Positions 43,417 to 50,531 of a stretch of DNA of 64,000 nucleotides are shown here, piece by piece; the stretch's first letter is position 1; each line of letters starts with the position of its first letter. Below the pieces are notes generated by a model that did not search any database, was not told the origin of the DNA, and worked only from the letters and a program-made list of their open reading frames with translations. Location of the stretch: IMG/VR virus record IMGVR_UViG_3300029922_000001, positions 124,001 through 188,000 of that record. One strand, 5' to 3'. Position numbers and translations under genes: made by a program.

Positions 43417-46203
43417 TTAAGATATGCTTCTATCACTTTGTATTGATGTAATACCAATATTTGCTGTATTAAAAAATAATATTACATAAAATACACCAGA
43501 ACTTCCAGTGCTATTAGTTCCAATCGACCAATGAACTACATTATTGTTTATACTGATTCTTGCACCATATGCTGTAGACAAAGTAGTACCATCTGTACCT
43601 GATTCATTAAAATTTTTCGCCAAATCATAATAAACACCGTTAACATATAACATAGCATTGTAATCACCGCTACTGTATGTGCTAATTGTTGTTTGTAATT
43701 CAGTAGCTAAATTAGTGGTGATATTAAATGGTGAAATTGTGAGATATCCAGTTGAGGCGCTAACCAAAGTAAAACTACGGCAATATGTTTTAGATCCACT
43801 AGCTCCACTATATGCAGAATAATCTGAAGAAACTGGATATCTTACAATGCCATTACGAACTTGTGCTTCTGTAGCACCTATACCAGCTATTAAACTAGTC
43901 AAACTTGAAGTCCATGCACTAGTATAAGGGGAAGTGGCAATAACCCTATAATATTCATCAGTAAAGTTTTCATATCCCCTTTCTGAATACAATGTACCCG
44001 TTAAAGCGATTGGATTGGCATATGTATTTGATTGAGTGCTAATACATGCTATTGCATCAGTTGGTGTACTGCCAAATGTACAAAAAGCTAATGCATTAGT
44101 ATTCGTCAAGTCTAGAGCAGTGGCTGTTGATGGTGTGGTGGCTCCTGTAGCCTTATATATGCTTGTGGTGATATAATTAAGCATAGAGCTTTGATTAGGG
44201 ACGCTAAGGCGAATTCTGACCTTTTGTGTGCCACCTGAACCAGTTCTTGTATATGGTGCATTATAATTAGGTGGTGTTACTGGTGGTAGACATATATTTT
44301 CACTAGCATCTAGATTAACACCTTGATTTGGAATACTTACATTGTCCAAGCCAGCAGGAGCAAACATTTTTGCTATAAATTGACTATTGTAGCATCTATT
44401 AAAAATAGCTGATGCTCCAGTACCACCAGATGCTTCAAAAGCAACATCAAATACGCTTTGGTATCCGTGATACTCTAATCCGCTAAGAAATTTTTGCATT
44501 GCCCCATTTCTAATTTTAACAATACTAGAAGCTATTGAAAATGTAGGTGTAGAACTTGCAGCAGTAACTGGATCACGCCAAAGTGGTAAGTAATTAGAAG
44601 TTCCAGCTTCTGGATGTATGAATTGATAAGCACTATAACCATCTAAGCTAGAACTATTAATACTAGCTACCGCAGATCCTTCTGCCCAAGCTAATCCATA
44701 TTTATTAACACTTGGCACGTTAAGAGTGTAAATGCCAGTTGATATAGGGCTATTCAAAGTAGAAGTCATGTCATAATCTAATTGAACTGTAGAAGTAAGT
44801 GTATTATCCTGTGTTTTAAGCTGAAGATCACCGTAGGTATATGGTCTAAAAGCTTTACCACAACGGAATGTATTAACTGGTGAATTCAAGTTAAAGCTTG
44901 TAACATCAGATGTATAGTAAGTGTTTATAATTGTTCCAGCGGGATATGATGTATTAGTCCAAGTACTTGATAAACCAGCCGATAATGTAGCGGTAAACAT
45001 GTAACTTGGGTTGATATTGTCAGTTAAGTTATTACCAGTTAATAAACCAGCTTGAGATCCAGATAATAACCATAAAGTTTGGTTGACATCATCAAAAGCG
45101 TTTGCTGCTAATGTACTAGATATCCATTCATTACCTACTCCATTAGCCCATTGATTACTTCCATCTGGATTTATTGGATATCCACCAAAATATCCATCAT
45201 CATAGTTGCTAGATCCAATATGTGGACTGCTTGGTGAGCCAATGGTTACTACATCACCGCTTGAATTAGTCCAAGCTGGAATACCACTAACAACAACAAG
45301 TGATTGACCGTTAGTGCCTATTGCTAATCGTTTATAAGTTGAAGTACCACTATCAAAATAGATAATATCGCCAGGTTGATCAAGTGAGGAACTTAAACTC
45401 GTTACAAGGTCTGCAATTAATAGCTTTTGACTACTACTAAATACAATTGGTTGGGTAAAAGTGTGGACACCAGTCCACGTTGGACTATAAGTTAAATCTA
45501 GTGATATAGTTCCAGTAGTGCTAATTGGTCCACCTGTAATACCATTACTAGTATTAATTAATGTTACAGACCCGCTACCTGTTCCAACCCATGATGTACC
45601 ATTGTAATATTGAAGCTGTTTAACTCCAGTATTACTGTTAAAATAAACACTACCTGGTGCTGTTGTAGCTGGTGGAGTAGTACTATTATATAGTGTTATA
45701 ACACTTGAACTAGACATAATAATAGATCCAGTCATAGTTCCACCAGATAATTGCAAATATCTAGCGTCTCCTGTGGTTTGAGTTAAAGAATCTAAATTGA
45801 TATTGTGCCATCCAGATCCATTAAAAATTCTAATAGAATCAGTAGATGTATTAAAGTATATTGCTCCAGTAATTTGATTTGATATAGAGGATTCATTAAG
45901 AGTGTTGGTAGACCATAATCCTAAACCAAATTCATTAGTGGTTAATCCTTGAAAAATCAAGTTGCCGCTCATGTAATCGCCAGATTTTAGAACGTAAAGA
46001 CCACCTGATATTGTCGCCAATGAAATTGTGATTTGATTAGTATCGGAATTTACTGCAACAACAATTCCGTCACCTTCTGCAACATTAACAGCACCAGTTA
46101 GTCCATTTAAAGATGCAACATACCCACCAGAAGACATTCCTCCAATATTGGCAACTATTCTTCTTTCTGGAACAATATATGCACCATCGTTAAAATTACT
46201 CAT
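43417..46203 (-). CDS. Tail fibre / virion structural protein
   Basis: YVLKSGDYMSGNL and YLQLSGGTMTGSI fibre repeats; GAIYFNTST..YNGTSW repeats; S/T/G-rich. Confidence 0.7.
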   Translation of the reverse strand: MSNFNDGAYIVPERRIVANIGGMSSGGYVASLNGLTGAVNVAEGDGIVVAVNSDTNQITISLATISGGLYVLKSGDYMSGNLIFQGLTTNEFGLGLWSTNTLNESSISNQITGAIYFNTSTDSIRIFNGSGWHNINLDSLTQTTGDARYLQLSGGTMTGSIIMSSSSVITLYNSTTPPATTAPGSVYFNSNTGVKQLQYYNGTSWVGTGSGSVTLINTSNGITGGPISTTGTISLDLTYSPTWTGVHTFTQPIVFSSSQKLLIADLVTSLSSSLDQPGDIIYFDSGTSTYKRLAIGTNGQSLVVVSGIPAWTNSSGDVVTIGSPSSPHIGSSNYDDGYFGGYPINPDGSNQWANGVGNEWISSTLAANAFDDVNQTLWLLSGSQAGLLTGNNLTDNINPSYMFTATLSAGLSSTWTNTSYPAGTIINTYYTSDVTSFNLNSPVNTFRCGKAFRPYTYGDLQLKTQDNTLTSTVQLDYDMTSTLNSPISTGIYTLNVPSVNKYGLAWAEGSAVASINSSSLDGYSAYQFIHPEAGTSNYLPLWRDPVTAASSTPTFSIASSIVKIRNGAMQKFLSGLEYHGYQSVFDVAFEASGGTGASAIFNRCYNSQFIAKMFAPAGLDNVSIPNQGVNLDASENICLPPVTPPNYNAPYTRTGSGGTQKVRIRLSVPNQSSMLNYITTSIYKATGATTPSTATALDLTNTNALAFCTFGSTPTDAIACISTQSNTYANPIALTGTLYSERGYENFTDEYYRVIATSPYTSAWTSSLTSLIAGIGATEAQVRNGIVRYPVSSDYSAYSGASGSKTYCRSFTLVSASTGYLTISPFNITTNLATELQTTISTYSSGDYNAMLYVNGVYYDLAKNFNESGTDGTTLSTAYGARISINNNVVHWSIGTNSTGSSGVFYVILFFNTANIGITSIQSDRSIS

Positions 46204-46344
46204 TATCTACTAATTCCAAATCATTAAGCTATAAACCTTAACCCAGTGTTTTGTACATTTTTTTTATAATAAGCAGGAAAAAAAATGCCAATACTGGAAC
46301 ATATTAACAGTGCTTGAGAAACAGCATAATAAACAGGAGTTACA

Positions 46345-46824
46345 ATGTCAAGATACCCAGAAAATTATTACGATACCGAATCAGGTTTACCTACTACAGT
46401 AAATAACGTTACAACCGATAAAATTTGGTTTAACGACTTGAAAGCACCAGTACAAGATATGTATGGTGATTTTCATATCGACCAAAATGTTGCAGAAAAC
46501 TTCTCCAACTGGCAAGCTTTATCAGCAGTTTTAACTACAACCGACTCTCTTATCAACAACTCAACTGGTATTTTAAGCCAAATGACTAATGGTGAATTCA
46601 CTGTTCCTAATCAAGAATGGTTCCTTTCAGTTAATCATATTACAGTTAATAGACTAGTGCGTAGACTTGGATTTATCAATAAATTATTATATAGATTCCA
46701 ACAACAAACTACAGCTTACATTGCCGACAGTATCAATGCTCCTGCAATTGGTCGTTACCCAGAAGGTTACAACGAACTTTGGGATACTCAACAGAAGTTT
46801 GGTACTCCAGAAAACGCAGAATAA
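46345..46824 (+). CDS. Hypothetical protein
   Basis: SD AGGAG; 159 aa; RYPE(N/G)Y motif near both termini. Confidence 0.75.
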   Translation: MSRYPENYYDTESGLPTTVNNVTTDKIWFNDLKAPVQDMYGDFHIDQNVAENFSNWQALSAVLTTTDSLINNSTGILSQMTNGEFTVPNQEWFLSVNHITVNRLVRRLGFINKLLYRFQQQTTAYIADSINAPAIGRYPEGYNELWDTQQKFGTPENAE

Positions 46825-46843
46825 TAACTATCGTTTCTCAAGC

Positions 46844-46880
46844 AACAAAAAAGAGGGATTCTATTCCCTCTTTTTTTGTT
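46844..46880. terminator. Bidirectional terminator between convergent genes
   Basis: AACAAAAAAGAGGGA...TCCCTCTTTTTTTGTT inverted repeat with A and T tails. Confidence 0.85.
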
Positions 46881-47287
46881 TATTTATTTTTCTTCTTAGT
46901 TTTCTTTTCTTCTTTTGGAGTTTCGTATCCCAAAGCTGCCATTTCCTTTTCAGTATTACGATTAATTGCTGCTTCAACTGAGAACTTCTCACCGTATCTA
47001 GCTTTTAGCTTGGCAATATTCGCATCTAAGATTTTATCAAAATCAAAATTAGAAGCATCGCATAAAATAGCGGTATACCACATTAAGTCTCCGACTTCCT
47101 CAAAAAGATTTTCGTAATCTAGTGGTTTTTTGTAATAAATATGCTTTTTCATTTGATCTAAGAGTTCCGCAGATTCGGTACATAGACCAATGACAGCATG
47201 AAGTTGACGAATAGATGTTTTGTCATCAATCAAATCAGGTACACTTTCTGTACGCTTACAATTTTCGATATAGGTTTTAAATTCCAT
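46880..47287 (-). CDS. MazG-like all-alpha NTP pyrophosphohydrolase
   Basis: GLCTESAELLD..KK, EEVGDLMWY, NIAKLKARY. Confidence 0.88.
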   Translation of the reverse strand: MEFKTYIENCKRTESVPDLIDDKTSIRQLHAVIGLCTESAELLDQMKKHIYYKKPLDYENLFEEVGDLMWYTAILCDASNFDFDKILDANIAKLKARYGEKFSVEAAINRNTEKEMAALGYETPKEEKKTKKKNK

Positions 47288-47320
47288 AGCTTATTGTAGG
47301 TTTTTTTGTATAAAAAGAGC

Positions 47321-47839
47321 ATGAGTGTGTATTTTGTTGATTCGGAATTTTACGAAGACGGAGAAATAATAGATTTATTATCCATTGCTATCGTGGCAAA
47401 TGATAATAAACAATATTACGCTGTGAATTCTGATTTTAACTTCACTAGAGCCAATAAAAATAAATGGCTCAAGGAAAACGTCTTGAAACATATTGATTTG
47501 GAGGATAAAACAAATCAAAGAAGTAAAAAACAAATTAAATCAGATATTTTAAAATTTATTGGTGATGATAAATCCCCGAAATTTGTGTCAGATTATTGCA
47601 GCTATGATTATATTGTGTTATGTCAAATATTTGGTAAAATGATTGATCTGCCTGATAATTTTCCTATGTATTGTAATGATCTACAAATGTTAAAGAAGAT
47701 AGTTGGTGCTAAGGATTCTGAATTGCCAACTTTGCCAAACGAACATCATGCACTTAATGATGCCTGTCAAGTACGCGAACAATGGTTATTCTTAGAAAAG
47801 CGTTTTCAGGAAAAATTCAAACAAAAACTGGTTTTTTAA
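47321..47839 (+). CDS. DEDDh 3'-5' exoribonuclease (Rv2179c/RNase AS-like)
   Basis: YFVDSEFYEDG, WLKENVL, YDYIVLCQIFGKMIDLP, HHALNDA. Start at ATG 47321, 6 nt after TATAAA. Confidence 0.85.
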   Translation: MSVYFVDSEFYEDGEIIDLLSIAIVANDNKQYYAVNSDFNFTRANKNKWLKENVLKHIDLEDKTNQRSKKQIKSDILKFIGDDKSPKFVSDYCSYDYIVLCQIFGKMIDLPDNFPMYCNDLQMLKKIVGAKDSELPTLPNEHHALNDACQVREQWLFLEKRFQEKFKQKLVF

Positions 47840-47847
47840 GAATACCC

Positions 47848-47877
47848 TTGACAAACTTCAGAGATTGTGGATATAAT
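47848..47877 (+). promoter_or_regulatory. Consensus sigma70 promoter of the RNA array
   Basis: TTGACA (47848-47853), 18-nt spacer, TATAAT (47872-47877). Confidence 0.8.
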
Positions 47878-47886
47878 ATCAGTGTT

Positions 47887-47925
47887 ATGAAAACTATGGA
47901 CTTGAAACTTAAACGTAAGCGTTAA
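47887..47925 (+). CDS. Putative leader peptide MKTMDLKLKRKR
   Basis: 12 codons starting 9 nt after the -10 box; 4 Lys codons (3 AAA, 1 AAG); followed by alternative hairpins. Confidence 0.5.
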   Translation: MKTMDLKLKRKR

Positions 47926-48039
47926 TTTCTTCTCTCCCAAATTTTGCGGAGTGGAAGAATTCCTCTGCAAAAAGTCCATAATATTTTCCATCTTATTTAC
48001 TTATGTAGAGGTCATCGTGTGTAGTGATCTTTAATTTTT
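47895..48039 (+). promoter_or_regulatory. Attenuator-like structured leader
   Basis: TATGGACTT(47895)/AAGTCCATA(47972). TTTTGCGGAG(47942)/CTCTGCAAAA(47963) competes with CTTCTCTCC/GGAGTGGAAG. Hairpin TAGAGGTCAT/GTGATCTTTA plus ATTTTT at 48006-48039. Confidence 0.45.
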
Positions 48040-48046
48040 AGTATAT

Positions 48047-48117
48047 GGGGATGTAGCTCGACGGTCGAGTTAGAGCCTTTTAAGCTCAAGGCGTGGGTTC
48101 GATTCCCTCCGTCCTCA
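48047..48117 (+). tRNA. tRNA-Lys(TTT), atypical D arm
   Basis: Acceptor GGGGATG/CGTCCTC; anticodon arm GAGC-CTTTTAA-GCTC; T loop TTCGATT; no encoded CCA. Confidence 0.85.
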
Positions 48118-48127
48118 CCGAGAATAT

Positions 48128-48198
48128 GGGAAGTTAGTTCAATGGTAGAGCGGGAGAATCTAAATCTCCTAATGAGGGTTCGATTCCCTCACTTCCCA
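48128..48198 (+). tRNA. Amber suppressor-type tRNA (anticodon CTA)
   Basis: Acceptor GGGAAGT/ACTTCCC; D arm GTTC/GAGC; anticodon arm GGAGA-ATCTAAA-TCTCC; T arm GAGGG-TTCGATT-CCCTC. Confidence 0.88.
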
Positions 48199-48211
48199 CC
48201 GAGATAAATAT

Positions 48212-48284
48212 GGGAATAAAGCATAAAGGGTGATGCAGTTGGCTCTTAACCTTCAGAACCTGGGCTCGACCCCCGGTGTTCCCA
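48212..48284 (+). tRNA. Degenerate tRNA-Lys(CTT)
   Basis: Acceptor GGGAATA/TGTTCCC; loop CTCTTAA; anticodon stem with two T-T mismatches, A8 and T loop CTCGACC. Confidence 0.65.
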
Positions 48285-48294
48285 CGAGAAATAT

Positions 48295-48367
48295 GGGGAT
48301 ATAACTCAATTGGTAGAGTGGCAGACTCTTAATCTGTAAGTTTGGGGTTCAAGTCCCCATGTCCCTA
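48295..48367 (+). tRNA. tRNA-Lys(CTT)
   Basis: GGGGATA/TGTCCCT; ACTC/GAGT; GCAGA-CTCTTAA-TCTGT; TGGGG-TTCAAGT-CCCCA. Confidence 0.92.
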
Positions 48368-48376
48368 CGAGAGCAA

Positions 48377-48701
48377 TTTGAATTTTGGGAAGTTGGCTTA
48401 GAAACAGCTATCTTATAATGAGTGTCAAGTGGAATGCATCAGGACGAATATAGGTATGAGAAATCTGAATAATCTATCGTGCGCGGTAGATTAATACTGA
48501 AATTCGGTTGGTACTGATGTCGTGTCTCAGCTATCCCAGCATGAGGACGTAGAACCACAGGGGAAGGACAAGTGCAGTATTAATAATATGTTTGGTAGGC
48601 GAAGCTACCGAACTAAGTAGAGGAAGGTAAGGGATAGGATATTCTACAATGTTATTAATGACCCTTAGAGACTTTGGCGTAGTAGCACACCAAAATTCAA
48701 A
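48377..48701 (+). ncRNA. ~325-nt structured RNA containing a split mimic of 23S rRNA H43/H44 (GTPase-associated centre)
   Basis: Perfect 12-bp terminal helix TTTGAATTTTGG/CCAAAATTCAAA. 48387-48423 joined to 48677-48691 aligns without gaps to 23S nt 1054-1105 (reference recalled from memory). Several internal helices; same CGAGA trailer as the tRNAs. Confidence 0.8.
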
Positions 48702-48712
48702 ACGAGATGTAA

Positions 48713-48808
48713 GGGGGTATAGCTTAGTGGTTAAAGCTGGAGACTTTTGGAGTATTTCATGGAATATTGCAAAATCTCTAGACTAGGGTTCGATTCCCTG
48801 TGCCCCTA
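48713..48808 (+). tRNA. tRNA-Lys(TTT)-like with a 24-nt insert in the anticodon loop
   Basis: GGGGGTA/TGCCCCT; GCTT/AAGC; GGAGA-CTTTT-[48749-48772]-AA-TCTCT; TAGGG-TTCGATT-CCCTG. Confidence 0.75.
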
Positions 48809-48846
48809 CCGAGATTAAGACAAGTTTTATATGTATAAACACAAGT

Positions 48847-49176
48847 ATGTGCTGTAATAATTTTGAATATAATATACATCTAGGTCACCCTGTAGACTTA
48901 GAAATTGCCAAATACAAAACAATTAAACTTCTTCCTCGTCACCGAAAAATAAGTCCCTTAATTACGTGGATTATTAGAGATGATGATGGAACAGTACTGG
49001 GCACTACAGAAACTCATGGTTTAGAAATGAATGATCCAGAAATTAAGGGGATTTTACAAGAAGCTAAAGAAGCTTATCAATATAGAAATAGACTTTATGT
49101 TAAGTATGATACATGTAAAGATGAGTACGATAAGCTTGCCGTATTAACTACAATAAGATATGATTATCATACTTGA
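48847..49176 (+). CDS. Hypothetical protein
   Basis: 109 aa; TGTATAAA-7nt-ATG start. Confidence 0.65.
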   Translation: MCCNNFEYNIHLGHPVDLEIAKYKTIKLLPRHRKISPLITWIIRDDDGTVLGTTETHGLEMNDPEIKGILQEAKEAYQYRNRLYVKYDTCKDEYDKLAVLTTIRYDYHT

Positions 49177-50020
49177 CGATGCTGCAAACCAAGATATTAA
49201 TGATACAGTATCAATGATCGCTAGTAGAATGGGAATGAATAACGTATATCATATTCCAGATCGTGACGATTTAACATACGATGAACTTCTATGGCATATT
49301 CCCACAAAAGATGATCCTGAAAAGGCAATTTGGATCGGTTACATTCCTTTACAAGACAAATACGATGATCTTTATCAAGAATTGAAGAATAAAAACATTT
49401 ATTTAGTTAATGATCCTAAACAACATCAAAAAGCTATGGAATTTGACTTGTTTTATCCTATTATCAGAGAATACACACCACAAAGCGTAACTATAACTAA
49501 TATTGTGTCTTGTAAAACTGTTGCTAAAATTTTAGGATTTCCCATATTTGTAAAAGGTGCAATAAAATCAGAAAAAGAAAAAGGTATTAAAGCTTGTAAA
49601 GCAGACAATTTAGAAGAACTCAAAACTTTAGTAGATCCAATTTTGAAACAAACTTATAGGTCTAGAAATAAAGCTGTTTGCCGTAAATATGTCCCATTAA
49701 AATATGTTAAAAAAACTCCTGGTGATTTTCCTATAGGTAGAGAATATCGTTATTTGATGTATTGTAATAAAATTATAACAAGTGGCTATTATTGGGGCGT
49801 AGAAGATGAGTTATCTAAATTAAGTCATTCTGAAAAACAAGAAGTTGATAATTTAGCTATTATGATTTCTAAAAAATTACAAATACCTTTAATTGCTATA
49901 GATATTGGACAGCTTGATTCTGGAGAATGGATTGTAATTGAAGTTGGCGATCCCCAATGTTGTGGAGTATCACATTCGATGGCTTTTGAATTTTGGAATA
50001 AAATAGTTGTATATGAATAA
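49160..50020 (+). CDS. ATP-grasp domain protein (R2K/DUF4343-like)
   Basis: FPIFVKGAIKS, REYRY, IAIDIGQLDSGEWIVIEVGDPQCCG. Confidence 0.8.
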   Translation: MIIILDDAANQDINDTVSMIASRMGMNNVYHIPDRDDLTYDELLWHIPTKDDPEKAIWIGYIPLQDKYDDLYQELKNKNIYLVNDPKQHQKAMEFDLFYPIIREYTPQSVTITNIVSCKTVAKILGFPIFVKGAIKSEKEKGIKACKADNLEELKTLVDPILKQTYRSRNKAVCRKYVPLKYVKKTPGDFPIGREYRYLMYCNKIITSGYYWGVEDELSKLSHSEKQEVDNLAIMISKKLQIPLIAIDIGQLDSGEWIVIEVGDPQCCGVSHSMAFEFWNKIVVYE

Positions 50021-50021
50021 C

Positions 50022-50369
50022 ATGTCTAAAAAGAAAACCAATACAGAAAAATATAAAGAATTTCATAAAAAGCTTTCTAAAGTTAATAAAATTGAATTAT
50101 GGTCTTTAGATTACACTATTGGTGTTTTCTTATATCATAGGATCAAAGCATATCGTCAATTAGCCATTGTAAGATGGGGCGGTATTACTGAAGATAAGCA
50201 TTACTACGAAAGATACAGTAAGCTTCTTAAAGATTTGGAAAAAATGGAAGAAGGATTTGGAATTATAGCTAATGAAGAAACTTATTTTAATGATAGACCT
50301 GAAGATGTTAAAAAAGTTGATAAAGCATTAAAGTTATTAAAGAAGAATTTTAGGCAATTATGGTATTAA
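50022..50369 (+). CDS. Phage hypothetical protein
   Basis: ELWSLDYTI...KALKLLKKNFRQLWY; start may be 50013 or 50022. Confidence 0.7.
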   Translation: MSKKKTNTEKYKEFHKKLSKVNKIELWSLDYTIGVFLYHRIKAYRQLAIVRWGGITEDKHYYERYSKLLKDLEKMEEGFGIIANEETYFNDRPEDVKKVDKALKLLKKNFRQLWY

Positions 50370-50531
50370 TCACATGCAGTGGATTTTTAACTTTGTAAAA
50401 TAAAATAGTTACTGTATAAATAAAACTGAGTACTATCCAAGCAAAATATTATCAAAAACAATGTCGTAGATCCTACGCGGAATCGGTTGTTTTTAAATAA
50501 TATTAGTCAACGCAGAAAACTCAGGAAATAT

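Noticed and set aside
41978-46203. Invertible fibre cassette or DGR target
   Set aside because: No flanking inverted repeats, recombinase, reverse transcriptase or TR/VR pair was seen.
46204-46224. In-frame ATG ATT TGG AAT TAG TAG ATA upstream of the - strand fibre gene as an amber read-through extension
   Set aside because: Only 7 codons, with no supporting initiation signal; plausible by chance.
48128-48198. Pyrrolysine tRNA
   Set aside because: It has a canonical 5-bp anticodon stem, D-loop GG and TTC T loop, unlike tRNA-Pyl; no pyl genes are in the window.
48377-48701. tmRNA, or a remnant of a true 23S rRNA gene
   Set aside because: No tRNA-Ala-like ends or T arm. Convincing rRNA similarity is limited to H43/H44, is split by an insert and is closed by its own helix.
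48047-48815. CRISPR array suggested by regularly spaced GAGA..ATATGGG motifs
   Set aside because: The motifs are short and variable, and the intervening units are tRNA cloverleafs; no cas genes.
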